A DNA stretch of 64,000 nt, taken from positions 798,568 to 862,567 of the forward strand of contig CAZFGX010000001.1 of NCBI GenBank assembly GCA_964518565.1, written 5' to 3'. Shown piece after piece: positions 51,828 to 60,843 of this stretch (positions are counted from its first letter, which is position 1; each line of letters starts with the position of its first letter). Both the position numbers and the translations under genes were made by a program. Under the pieces are notes generated by a model, which had not been told where the DNA came from, searched no databases, and saw nothing but the letters and a program-made list of their open reading frames with translations. This DNA comes from an uncultured Gammaproteobacteria bacterium (lineage in GTDB: Bacteria > Patescibacteriota > Microgenomatia > CAZETR01 > Amesbacteraceae).

Positions 51828-52376
51828 GTGTTGGAGTTGTCTCTCTATGAGAGCAAAAATTTGTTTTTTCCAAAGATAAGGAGCAATATGTCAAACGATT
51901 TTAATTCAGAGTTTGTAGCATTAGTTTGTCCAAATTGTGGAGCACCAATCAAATTGACGAAGGCCGTGGTCGATGAACAGTTTATGCAATCCGACGACGG
52001 ACGATCTTTTGTGTACATTGGCACATCAAGTGCCAACGACGTACATGCCAAATGCGAACACTGTGACACTGAATTTGTCCGCCGACAAAAAGTCGAAATC
52101 GACTTTTCCGCTGGAACTGGCACATTGAACGTTAATACGGGCGGCGGCGCTTTTATTGCTGGAAAGGTTACGACCAAAGGTGACTTTGTTGGTCGAGACA
52201 AGACAACTGTTATCTACAACCACGGCTCTGGTGCTGTGGCCCAAGGTAACAACGCAGTTGCAGCAGGTGCCGGTGCGCTTATCACAGGAACGAGTCAAAA
52301 AAAGAAATGTGGTAAATGCGGCACAAAAAATCCAAACACGAATAAATTCTGCAGTAGTTGTGGAGCAAAGCTCTAA
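51828..52376 (+). CDS. zinc-ribbon protein with Gly/Ala-rich central segment
   Basis: CPNCG...CEHCD at the N-terminus and CGKCG...CSSCG at the C-terminus. Confidence 0.45.
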   Translation: MLELSLYESKNLFFPKIRSNMSNDFNSEFVALVCPNCGAPIKLTKAVVDEQFMQSDDGRSFVYIGTSSANDVHAKCEHCDTEFVRRQKVEIDFSAGTGTLNVNTGGGAFIAGKVTTKGDFVGRDKTTVIYNHGSGAVAQGNNAVAAGAGALITGTSQKKKCGKCGTKNPNTNKFCSSCGAKL

Positions 52377-52397
52377 TCTAAGAGACAACTTTACCAA

Positions 52398-52433
52398 AGC
52401 GGTGTACCTCATGAAGGTATACCGCTTTTTTTT
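52398..52433 (+). terminator. rho-independent terminator
   Basis: AGCGGTGTACCT...AGGTATACCGCT hairpin + T8. Confidence 0.55.
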
Positions 52434-52436
52434 GGC

Positions 52437-52473
52437 AAAAAAAAGCCCTGTAGGAATTTACTCCTCCAGGGCC
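52437..52473 (-). terminator. rho-independent terminator (minus strand)
   Basis: GCCCTG...CAGGGC hairpin with A8 on the plus strand; convergent with the previous one. Confidence 0.5.
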
Positions 52474-52500
52474 AAGACAAACATCGCATCACAAACAGAG

Positions 52501-53082
52501 TTACTGCGGTAATCCCGGCAGGATTTTTAGCCCCACCAAAAATAGATACCATAGATACAAAACTGGAATAGCGTCCAATGCTCGAAAACTCCAGTATCGA
52601 AGATCTTTTTTCAAATTCACAGTATAGTTATCATCAATCTTAAGCAAGTCTTGTTTATAGGTTGCTCGATTTCGATACGCCTTAACATAAGTCGAAATAA
52701 TTCGGCACCAACTGTAAACCAAGATAGCCAATACCACATAGCCAAAAACCCGATTTCCCACATCGTTTGACAATGCAAAAATCACTGTGATTGGCAAAAT
52801 AATTAATTGATAAAGTGTCGACAATAGCCAATTCCGAATAATCGGTCCCATGTTTTTCGACAACTGCGCATTCGTTTCTGCCGTATTACCGCCACCCTCA
52901 TCAAGCAAGTCGCTTTTCTTCTTCCCATTCATCCAAGACATCGGCGCCATAGGATCAATAAGTAGATAGCCAATACCCAACACAGAAAGAAGCAACAAAC
53001 AAAACAATCCCAAAGTACTCATATGTGCCTCCAAAAAAATACTACTACTCTTCATTAATCGGATTCTTCCAATTCTCCACAA
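52501..53082 (-). CDS. hypothetical integral membrane protein
   Basis: 193 aa, 4-5 TM helices. Confidence 0.4.
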   Translation of the reverse strand: MWRIGRIRLMKSSSIFLEAHMSTLGLFCLLLLSVLGIGYLLIDPMAPMSWMNGKKKSDLLDEGGGNTAETNAQLSKNMGPIIRNWLLSTLYQLIILPITVIFALSNDVGNRVFGYVVLAILVYSWCRIISTYVKAYRNRATYKQDLLKIDDNYTVNLKKDLRYWSFRALDAIPVLYLWYLFLVGLKILPGLPQ

Positions 53083-53328
53083 TCACGAACGTATAAAGAA
53101 ATTTGATTCCGAACGGTTTCCAACTAGGGTCGGTAAACCACAATCCAGCAATGTTACATAACACTCTCAATATTTCGAATTCACCCCGCGCTGCAATAAC
53201 CTCAGCACCCACCATCGGTCTTCCATCTTTAACTGTAGTAGTTTGATTCACTGAAAAAGGAATTGCCTGAAGTCCTCGTTCATGGGAAATCCGTTTAAAA
53301 ATCTCCCACAACACTGTCGGCGTCACTA

Positions 53329-53643
53329 CTACTGCGGCCGAAACTTCCAAACTGGCTTCCAGCCAAAAATAGCACGCACAGCAACAAAACAAAAGATAGT
53401 AAACACGGGCGCAAAGCGCAACAGTTTCCAAAACAGACCAAACGCCAAAGCGACCACGAAAATCACCAGTTCGACTACGTTAAGCGCAACCCACAAAAGA
53501 AAGCGGAGTGGCCTCCAGAGTGCAACGACAACCATAACCCCCTCAAAAATACCTGTAATGATATCTAGAGGAATGACCTCAACATACAACAACAAGCCAA
53601 ATACCGCGGCGAACGCGAGAACGATCCATTGAAATAGTTTCAT
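53329..53643 (-). CDS. small integral membrane protein
   Basis: 104 aa, three TM helices; overlaps the alternative ORF 53045-53431, whose real start is probably internal. Confidence 0.35.
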   Translation of the reverse strand: MKLFQWIVLAFAAVFGLLLYVEVIPLDIITGIFEGVMVVVALWRPLRFLLWVALNVVELVIFVVALAFGLFWKLLRFAPVFTIFCFVAVRAIFGWKPVWKFRPQ

Positions 53644-53671
53644 ATTCTAACTAACCTCCTAAACGAAAAAA

Positions 53672-54124
53672 TTACCTACTACCAACAGTGATAAAAACAG
53701 CCTCTGGCATCGTTACCCAAGTGAGCAACCAAGTCAGCATGACTGCTGCATTATGCGGTGTAGCCGCCCAATAGCCCCCGACAGTGATCAGTCGATCCTG
53801 ATCGGGGCATGGTAGTGCAAGAACTAAACTCAACTTTTGAATTAGTAACTGCACGACTTCAGCGCCAATCTCTACTTTTCCACCATGGTCTTTATCGATC
53901 CAGTCCCAAGGACTCCAACCGATTTCTAACCAAATGGCATGATAGTTATACGTCCAGGTAGCCTCAGAAATAGTCTCCGTGTCAGGTCGCATTTCTCCAT
54001 TCTCCACGACCAATGAAACAAAACTTCCTGCCTGAGGAATACTGTTGCTAGATATTGTTTTTCCTTCTCGTGACAAAATGCGCAACTCTGCACCCATAGT
54101 ACCTCCTAAAATTTCACTCTTCAA
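53672..54124 (-). CDS. hypothetical protein
   Basis: 150 aa, Trp-rich C-terminus, no motifs. Confidence 0.4.
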   Translation of the reverse strand: MKSEILGGTMGAELRILSREGKTISSNSIPQAGSFVSLVVENGEMRPDTETISEATWTYNYHAIWLEIGWSPWDWIDKDHGGKVEIGAEVVQLLIQKLSLVLALPCPDQDRLITVGGYWAATPHNAAVMLTWLLTWVTMPEAVFITVGSR

Positions 54125-54182
54125 AGATGTTAATGTACACCTACGTCATCCTATAATCAGCGTAAAATCGTGTTGAAATTAG

Positions 54183-54217
54183 CCTCAAATAGAATAAACT
54201 ATAGACCTATAGTATAG
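54183..54217. promoter_or_regulatory. conserved intergenic element CCTCAAATAG-N12-ACCTATAGTAT (copy 2)
   Basis: Same ends as copy 1 at 45523-45552; contains three CTATAG/TATAG cores. Confidence 0.35.
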
Positions 54218-54311
54218 CACATCTGAGCAATATATTCAACAAAAAACCGCCTATAACAGCGGTTTTTAAAGAATTGCGTTTATGTAATAAAATTCTGCTA
54301 GTATTATTACA

Positions 54312-54749
54312 GTGGCCAAAATAAAAACTACCGGTTCTTCTCACCCGCTTCAACAACGAGCCAGTGTTCGCGTATTAATACACAACAAAAATCTCCAAAT
54401 AATAATTGTATTAGCCAGCATTTTTTCAATTTTTACAATGGCATACCTGGCCACAACAAATGCATACACAAGCGGTTGGATAGCCTCGATATTACTCACT
54501 CCTCTAGTCCTACTGGCATTTACCGGTCTTATTAGAAGGGTTGCGTGGAATATTGCTCCAGTACTAATATTCCTCACTTTCTGGCCACTAGGCATCGTCT
54601 ATATCATCCAAAAAATCTCTAATCCAAAATCTGAACTCAGAAACAATCTTCTATATTGGATTATTCCATTTAGCTGGGCATTTCTTACCGAATGGTTTCT
54701 CGTTGTTTTTGGAATATTAATAATACTACTCGCTCCAATAAACGGGTGA
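54312..54749 (+). CDS. hypothetical integral membrane protein
   Basis: 145 aa, four hydrophobic helices. Confidence 0.45.
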   Translation: MAKIKTTGSSHPLQQRASVRVLIHNKNLQIIIVLASIFSIFTMAYLATTNAYTSGWIASILLTPLVLLAFTGLIRRVAWNIAPVLIFLTFWPLGIVYIIQKISNPKSELRNNLLYWIIPFSWAFLTEWFLVVFGILIILLAPING

Positions 54750-54766
54750 AGAATAAAAAAATTTTG

Positions 54767-55029
54767 TTGCGGGGCCGGGAGTCGCGCCCGGTCTGAAAGA
54801 TTATGCGATCTTGTTTTCTCACATTACTGTGAGTGTCGGACTATATCATCTTCCCTAGGGGAAGTTTGGCGTTTAGTCTCTACGGACTCGCCCCACTACT
54901 GATGGGGATTGCCTCGGTATTGACCCGCAAATGCGGGTTGTCCACCGATACAGCCAAATTTGCATACTGACATTGCTGTCAGCAGGGCCCATACTACTAG
55001 CCTTCCGTGCAGCTCTACACTACCCCGCA
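54767..55029 (-). ncRNA. GC-rich structured RNA candidate with tRNA-like end (possible tmRNA/ssrA-like)
   Basis: ORF-free GC-rich ~330-nt block. Minus strand reads 5' UGCGGGG ... GACCGGGCGCGACUCCCGG-CCCCGCA-A 3': a 7-bp acceptor-like terminal pairing with a directly adjacent 5-bp/7-nt T-arm-like hairpin. Several internal hairpins (CUUCCCUAGGGGAAG, CCCGCAAAUGCGGG, CUGACAUUGCUGUCAG). No canonical tag ORF found by eye. Confidence 0.3.
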
Positions 55030-55080
55030 CGTGGTTCATGATGTGAATGAACAAACTGATAGTACCATGCATAAATATGT

Positions 55081-55115
55081 TTGACAAGGAAAAATAGAAC
55101 CCAGATAATATAGTC
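55081..55115 (+). promoter_or_regulatory. sigma70-like promoter (TTGACA-19-TAATAT)
   Basis: TTGACAaggaaaaatagaacccagaTAATAT, 12 nt upstream of the 55127 ATG region. Confidence 0.35.
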
Positions 55116-55126
55116 AATAAGCACGT

Positions 55127-55795
55127 ATGGCAAAAAGCAAACAAAAAATACAAGCTCGTGAATGCAGGAAAAATGGCGAAAGTATTAAAACAATCGCCAA
55201 AAAGTTAAATGTTTCTTCTAGTACAGTTAGTCTCTGGTGTCGAGACATAGAGTTAACAACAGAACAAATAGCTAAACTCGAAAAGCAATCCAAAGATCCC
55301 TATTATGGCCGAAGAAGCCAATATCTGTCTGAACTAAAAAAAAAGACGGCCAATACTGTTAAAGAGATCCAAGAGACAGCCAAAATTGAGATAGGTACAC
55401 TCACTCCAAAAGAATACTTAGTTTCAGGAATCGCATTATATTGGGCAGAAGGATTTAAAAAAGACAACATGGTGGGATTTGCAAATTCTGACCCCAATAT
55501 GGTCATATTTATTCTAAACTGGTTTGAAAAATGCCTCTTAGTGAAAAAGACTGATATTCGATTACGTGTGGGAATTAATGAATACCAAAAAAGACGAACA
55601 AGTGAAATTGAGGAATTCTGGTCAAAAAAAACTTCAATACCTCTCTCACAGTTTAATAAACCTTTTTTCCAAAAAGTCCAATGGAAAAAAATTTATGAAA
55701 ATGAAAATGAATACGTGGGAACATTAAGAATTAGAGTACTTAAAAGTACAAATTTATTACGAAAAATTCACGGTTATATAAATGCTCTAAAATGA
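55127..55795 (+). CDS. HTH-domain protein with LAGLIDADG-like motif (possible homing-endonuclease-derived protein)
   Basis: N-terminal HTH (SIKTIAKKLNVSSSTVSLW); GIALYWAEGFKKDN resembles a single LAGLIDADG motif (hydrophobic-A-E-G); 222 aa is in the size range of single-motif enzymes. Confidence 0.4.
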   Translation: MAKSKQKIQARECRKNGESIKTIAKKLNVSSSTVSLWCRDIELTTEQIAKLEKQSKDPYYGRRSQYLSELKKKTANTVKEIQETAKIEIGTLTPKEYLVSGIALYWAEGFKKDNMVGFANSDPNMVIFILNWFEKCLLVKKTDIRLRVGINEYQKRRTSEIEEFWSKKTSIPLSQFNKPFFQKVQWKKIYENENEYVGTLRIRVLKSTNLLRKIHGYINALK

Positions 55796-55796
55796 A

Positions 55797-56339
55797 ATGA
55801 CTACTCGGCGCCACCCACACAAATTTCGCTTCCAAGTCGTCCACCAATGGCTCACCAACCTCTATCCTGTTTGCGCTGCTCTTGATATCGGCGGCGGCAA
55901 AGGCTTACTCGCCTATCTCCTCAACCAGTCCGGCTGGCAAACTACAGTAATCGACCCAAACCTACAAATACTGGATTGGAAATACAAGGATTTTGGTACC
56001 AATAAACAAATAAAATTAACTCTCGATCAAAGAAATAGTGTCCCACACCTCACTACCCAATTCACTCCAGAGATAGCCCGCCGAACTCAATTACTCATTG
56101 GTCTACATGCCCACGGCAGCAACATGGCAATTATCGATACTGCTGCGAAATATAGCCTTGATATTGCCCTAATCCCTTGCTGTGTCATCGACGAGCCTAT
56201 AGTCAAACATCCTGGCATTAATTGGTTAGCCTCACTTATCGAATACGCCAAAGAAAAAAATCTCAAGCCTAAAACCACAACACTTCCATTTGTCGGCCAA
56301 TCCACGGTTATCTACACACAAAACCATCTGATAAAATAA
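55797..56339 (+). CDS. class I SAM-dependent methyltransferase-like protein
   Basis: Motif I LDIGGGKGLLAYLL, acidic motif II VIDPN. Confidence 0.5.
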   Translation: MTTRRHPHKFRFQVVHQWLTNLYPVCAALDIGGGKGLLAYLLNQSGWQTTVIDPNLQILDWKYKDFGTNKQIKLTLDQRNSVPHLTTQFTPEIARRTQLLIGLHAHGSNMAIIDTAAKYSLDIALIPCCVIDEPIVKHPGINWLASLIEYAKEKNLKPKTTTLPFVGQSTVIYTQNHLIK

Positions 56340-56350
56340 ACCCATCCCGA

Positions 56351-56427
56351 GGCTACGTAGCTCAGTTGGTTAGAGCATGGTCTTCATAAGGCCGGGGTCA
56401 CTGGTTCGAATCCAGTCGTAGCCACCC
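56351..56427 (+). tRNA. tRNA-Met (anticodon CAU)
   Basis: GGCTACG/CGTAGCC acceptor, GCTC/GAGC D-stem, anticodon loop TTCATAA, T-arm ACTGGTTCGAATCCAGT. Confidence 0.85.
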
Positions 56428-56783
56428 TACAAACGAATATACAATTGCCACCATTTCTTCCAATTCGGGACTTCCGGTTCTAAAACTATCTGTTGTGCAG
56501 AAGGTCCAGCTTCATCTTCCGACATGACCAAAATGACCTCATTTCCCTTTCCATAACCCAATTTATTTCTCGCTTCTTTCTCCACAAATTGCGGCGATTC
56601 CACCTCTGCTAGACGCTTACGCAAAACCTGGTTCTCCTGCTCAGCGTCTACCAGCTCCTGTCTTGCCTCTACCAATGGCCCACCAGCCCGTAAAAGGCGC
56701 AAAATCCCCCGCCCAGAACGAATAGCACCTAGCACACCAACTACGATCAAAACCAGGCCAAAAACCCTTCGCTTTTTAGACAT
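56427..56783 (-). CDS. FtsB/DivIC-like septum formation initiator (TM + coiled coil)
   Basis: 118 aa, N-terminal TM, Leu-zipper-like coiled coil (LVDAEQENQVLRKRLAEVE). Confidence 0.5.
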   Translation of the reverse strand: MSKKRRVFGLVLIVVGVLGAIRSGRGILRLLRAGGPLVEARQELVDAEQENQVLRKRLAEVESPQFVEKEARNKLGYGKGNEVILVMSEDEAGPSAQQIVLEPEVPNWKKWWQLYIRL

Positions 56784-56837
56784 ATTGCTTTCCCCTATTG
56801 TACAAGATACAATCTTTAGGGTAAAATAACCTGTAGT

Positions 56838-57713
56838 ATGGATACTCTACCTAATCCAGTGAGCTTTGAAACAGCCTTGGAAAAGTTCATCTCTTACTTG
56901 CGTAGTCAACGTCGCTCTTCAGCGACTACGATCGCCTACAAGAGTGATTTAGACCAAGTCAAAAAGCATTTAAACGAACGCCGAATCACTCAGGCGACTA
57001 CTGTCTCCACCGAACATCTACAAGGCTATATCGACTGGCTCGGCGGTCTCGGATATACCCCCAAAAGTATTAGCCGAAAAATCAATTCTCTCAAGACTTT
57101 TTTCCGCTATCTTCAAGAAGAAAACGTCATTCCTACCAATCCAGCCCATCCATTGGCTCATCCCAAAATCGAATCCAAAGCTCCTCGTATGCTCTCTATT
57201 GCCGAAATCAAAAATCTGCGCGATGCTTCCCGCCTGGATATTCGTATCTCGGCCATTATCGAACTCCTCCTGCAAACCGGCATGCGTATTTCTGAATTAG
57301 CCAGTCTAGAAATGGAAGATGTCAAAAAAAATGAAGTGTTTATTCGCGCCCAAGAATCCAATCCCGCACGCACCATTTCACTCAACCACTCCTCTTCTGT
57401 TGCTCTAGCCAATTATCTTGCCATCCGACCCAAAGTCACCGATCCTCACGTCTTTGTGACCAAAACTGGCCGACCACTCTTGGTGCGCAATATTCGTACT
57501 GCAATTGATCGATATTTCCGCAAATCTGGCCTCAAAGATGTCAAGGTTAATGACCTTCGCCATACGTTCGTCGCCCACCAGCTCAAAAACGGAGTAGATC
57601 CTGAAGTGGTCAATCGCCACATCGGTCACCGCCGCTTGTCTTCTACTCAAAAATATCTGGATTTCATCAAAGTCGAAATCGAAAACCTCTCCTCCAAGCT
57701 CATCGAGCTCTAA
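56838..57713 (+). CDS. tyrosine site-specific recombinase (XerC/XerD/integrase family)
   Basis: 291 aa; core-binding N-domain, catalytic R...HxxR...Y (LRHTFVAHQL, GHRRLSSTQKY). Confidence 0.8.
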   Translation: MDTLPNPVSFETALEKFISYLRSQRRSSATTIAYKSDLDQVKKHLNERRITQATTVSTEHLQGYIDWLGGLGYTPKSISRKINSLKTFFRYLQEENVIPTNPAHPLAHPKIESKAPRMLSIAEIKNLRDASRLDIRISAIIELLLQTGMRISELASLEMEDVKKNEVFIRAQESNPARTISLNHSSSVALANYLAIRPKVTDPHVFVTKTGRPLLVRNIRTAIDRYFRKSGLKDVKVNDLRHTFVAHQLKNGVDPEVVNRHIGHRRLSSTQKYLDFIKVEIENLSSKLIEL

Positions 57714-57718
57714 CTCTC

Positions 57719-58354
57719 ATGAAAGAAGTTGGTCGCTGGTCTGAAACGAAAGAATATGAACGCTTAAAAAAAGAGTTTATAAGAAAAATTCTTATCGATA
57801 TACAGTCGCATGGCCATATAAAAATAAGAGACCGTTCAAACCCTCGATACCAAAATGAAATACTAAACGCCACAATTTTTTACCAAACTAAAAAAAATTC
57901 ATTCGAAGTCTACCTCACTTGCACAAAACAAGGAGAAAGTGCCCCAAATGGCATTTATTCCCAAAGATCGTCCATACATATCAACGACAACCCCGATCTA
58001 ATAAATCAAACTGAAGGCACACAAAGAACTGCCAACTTTTCTAGCCAATTATTCATAGACAAAAGTAATCCTAATCACAAAGGCGACGAGTCAGAGTATG
58101 GGGAATTTCAAATTGTCACAAAATTTGACACAACCAAGTCAACCGAAAGATACCCAACAGCTATTAGCGACCGAACAGCTACTAACAAAGAGGCCATAGA
58201 ATTTATGAATCAACTCATGCAAGCAAGCATAGATCACGCCGCCACAAAAAATAGCCACCTTCAAGAAATAACAAACCCAGACGAAGATTTAGTGTCATCA
58301 CACTATCCAGGTAGTCAAAACCCCAACCTATACAAACAATTTTTCAAAAACTAG
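57719..58354 (+). CDS. hypothetical protein
   Basis: 211-aa ORF starting 6 nt after the recombinase stop. Confidence 0.4.
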   Translation: MKEVGRWSETKEYERLKKEFIRKILIDIQSHGHIKIRDRSNPRYQNEILNATIFYQTKKNSFEVYLTCTKQGESAPNGIYSQRSSIHINDNPDLINQTEGTQRTANFSSQLFIDKSNPNHKGDESEYGEFQIVTKFDTTKSTERYPTAISDRTATNKEAIEFMNQLMQASIDHAATKNSHLQEITNPDEDLVSSHYPGSQNPNLYKQFFKN

Positions 58355-58356
58355 TG

Positions 58357-58429
58357 TGGGCCTGGGAGGATTCGAACCTCCAACCTTGAATGTATAAGAT
58401 TCCTGCGCTAACCATTGCGCCACAGGCCC
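58357..58429 (-). tRNA. tRNA with anticodon UAU (tRNA-Ile2-like; identity uncertain)
   Basis: Reverse complement GGGCCTG-TG-GCGC-AATGGTTA-GCGC-A-GGAAT-CTTATAC-ATTCA-AGGTT-GGAGG-TTCGAAT-CCTCC-CAGGCCC-A gives a good cloverleaf with one G27-A43 mismatch and anticodon TAT. Confidence 0.65.
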
Positions 58430-58455
58430 TTAGCTGTATTTTACCTCAAACTTAG

Positions 58456-60816
58456 CTACAGTTTACTCCGTGTCGCAATTTCACTCTCGACTAGCCGTAC
58501 ATCTTTACCAAATTTTAGCCGGGACAATTGTCGAATCGCATCCGCTAGCTGTGGGTTGTACAGTTTTTTCTCTGCAGCTATATCTTTGGTTACATCCATC
58601 GTAAACGTCGGCACTGGCTCGTTGCGCACAATTGTCTTCACAAACACATTAAATCGCTCCACATTCAATAAATCGGTCTCTGAAAAGTTTGGTGCATATT
58701 CATGTGCCAAAAACGACGCATCTGCCGTACCTACTCGGAAAGAAATTGCCGTACCCACATTTCCGAATACTGCATTTTTTACATCATCCTCCATTTGAGA
58801 GGTAAACTGGTTTGCGACCGTCAAATTCAATTTATATTTGCGAGCTTCAGACAAAATGGTCACAAAATCTGGTGTGGCAAAATTTTGAAATTCGTCTACA
58901 TACATATAAAACGGCACCCGTTCTTCGATCGGAATATCCGCTCTGGACATCGCCGCTGCCAGCAGCTTTGGCACCAACACGAGTCCCAAAAAGTTACTAT
59001 TGTCCTCACCTAATTTTCCCTTAGACAAATTAATAATCAAAATCTTCTTTTTATCCATCGCCTCTCGAAAATCAAATGCCGATTGAGATTGGCCAATAAT
59101 ATTTCGAATAGTCTTATTGGTAATAAACCGACCAAATTTAGACACGATATAGTCCAACACTTCAGACTTATGAAATTCACTCGTCTGGGCAATTTGATCT
59201 GTCCAATATCGTCGCACCAATGGATCGCGCACTTTGGGCAACATCTCCTGAACAAACTCTGGCCGCTGTAATGACTGCACCACTTCAATAAAAGTTCCTC
59301 CAGGCACTGCATCCATCACCGTCAACATCGCATTGCGAATAGCATGCTCAAATCGTGGTCCAATAATACCCGTCTTGTGAGGATCATATAATTTGTACAT
59401 CATGCCAATGACGGCATTCGTCGCTCGATGACGATCTTGATCAGTGTGCGCATCCAACAAATTAAAGCCCATCGGCCGCTCTTCATCAGATGGTTCAAAA
59501 AAGATTACATCTTCAGCCCGTTCGGGTGGAATATATCCCAATAGTTCTTCAGCCAAATCATGCGGATCTATCACACACACTCCGCGACCAGCCCGAATAT
59601 CCTGCAAGATCATGGTTTTGAGAAATTCAGTTTTCCCTGTACCTGTTTTTCCCACGATATACATATGTCGTTCCCGATCCGCCTCACTAATATAGATCGG
59701 CCGAGTGACTCCCCGAAAAATCGACTTACCCAAATATAAGCCTGACTCAGGAATTTGCTGTGGCGCTGGAGCACGCTTGGCATTCAACCAATGAATATGC
59801 GGCGTCTCTACACTCTTATTCGGAAAATGAAAAATAGTCGCCAACTCTTCTGAGTTTAAAATCGTCCAATCTCCCCACAACAACATAGGTTGATACCGAT
59901 AAATAAAATCTGTCATAAACATTGGCTTCAACCGTACCTTTTTCCCCTTCAACCCGTTCAAATCACCGTTGTACTGTTCAAATGCGGCCTTAATATTTGC
60001 CAAATGTGCCTTCGCTGAATCTGCAGAACTCGAAGTCACCACAATCCGAATTGAAGTCCGAAATCCATTTTTAGACACCTTGGCATCTACTGCCTCCAAC
60101 TGCTTGGCATCGACTTTATAACTGGCTTTCTCTGGATTTGCTTCTTTCTTTTTTGTCCTACCAATCCACGCTCGACCCTTGCTCTTCCAGGAAGAGTCAG
60201 CTGGCGAAATCAGCAGTTGTATATGCGCTCCTTCTCCCTCCCCCATTTTGGCCAACGCCGAGGTCAACGCCGCCAACGGATCAGTAGCCAAATTTTTATA
60301 TATTTGGATCGGGTAATATGGGGCATTACGCAAAACTAATTGCGAAAATTCTACCGATCCCTCCTCATTAAATATTGTAGGCTCATCTACCACTCGTATT
60401 TCAGCTCCAGGATACCCACCATGAATTTGCTTCTCTAGTAAATCACGCATTTTTTCTGGCACCACAATATAAAACCGAATATCTTCCCGTCTGGCCACCA
60501 ACTCAAAACTAATATGCGGCTGTACCACCAAAAAATTCAGCAAGCCAAACCAACCTCGAGAGCCTTTTTTAATCGATACCAAACTGGAAAAAATTTGTTC
60601 CATTGCATCAATTTTTATTTCATTATCCCGCGGCACAGCTACTTGCACACAAGTCATTTTCAAACTCTTTTCTTCTCGATCCCGATGTTTATACCAGATA
60701 ACCAACAAATACCCTGCCAGACAGGCCACCAAAGCAAACATTCCCAAAAGTACCATCCAAAAAACTACACTCCAAAATACACTTACCAAACTAATTCCAG
60801 CAACATCACCAGACAT
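58456..60816 (-). CDS. type IV secretion/DNA-translocation coupling-protein-like ATPase (VirD4/TraD/TraG family)
   Basis: 786 aa; two N-terminal TMs; Walker A GKTGTGKT; Walker B YMYVDEF; ARKYKLNLTVANQFTSQM resembles the T4CP C-terminal motif. Confidence 0.6.
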   Translation of the reverse strand: MSGDVAGISLVSVFWSVVFWMVLLGMFALVACLAGYLLVIWYKHRDREEKSLKMTCVQVAVPRDNEIKIDAMEQIFSSLVSIKKGSRGWFGLLNFLVVQPHISFELVARREDIRFYIVVPEKMRDLLEKQIHGGYPGAEIRVVDEPTIFNEEGSVEFSQLVLRNAPYYPIQIYKNLATDPLAALTSALAKMGEGEGAHIQLLISPADSSWKSKGRAWIGRTKKKEANPEKASYKVDAKQLEAVDAKVSKNGFRTSIRIVVTSSSADSAKAHLANIKAAFEQYNGDLNGLKGKKVRLKPMFMTDFIYRYQPMLLWGDWTILNSEELATIFHFPNKSVETPHIHWLNAKRAPAPQQIPESGLYLGKSIFRGVTRPIYISEADRERHMYIVGKTGTGKTEFLKTMILQDIRAGRGVCVIDPHDLAEELLGYIPPERAEDVIFFEPSDEERPMGFNLLDAHTDQDRHRATNAVIGMMYKLYDPHKTGIIGPRFEHAIRNAMLTVMDAVPGGTFIEVVQSLQRPEFVQEMLPKVRDPLVRRYWTDQIAQTSEFHKSEVLDYIVSKFGRFITNKTIRNIIGQSQSAFDFREAMDKKKILIINLSKGKLGEDNSNFLGLVLVPKLLAAAMSRADIPIEERVPFYMYVDEFQNFATPDFVTILSEARKYKLNLTVANQFTSQMEDDVKNAVFGNVGTAISFRVGTADASFLAHEYAPNFSETDLLNVERFNVFVKTIVRNEPVPTFTMDVTKDIAAEKKLYNPQLADAIRQLSRLKFGKDVRLVESEIATRSKL

Positions 60817-60843
60817 ACAAATATGATACCATCCACACTCGTC

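Noticed and set aside
53045-53431. 128-aa ORF overlapping 53329-53643
   Set aside because: Its N-terminal 35 codons overlap the neighbouring gene in another frame and are Cys-rich junk; only its C-terminal part may be real, from an internal start.
54767-55029. RNase P RNA (rnpB) or SRP RNA identity for the GC-rich structured region
   Set aside because: No P4 signature pair (GGAAAGUCCGG / ACAGAACCCGGCUUA) in a usable arrangement and no SRP domain IV GGAA-tetraloop motif. The tRNA-like terminal geometry fits tmRNA better, though that too is unproven.
54896-55153. 85-aa minus-strand ORF
   Set aside because: Lies wholly within the hairpin-rich GC-rich putative RNA; no RBS; low-complexity product.
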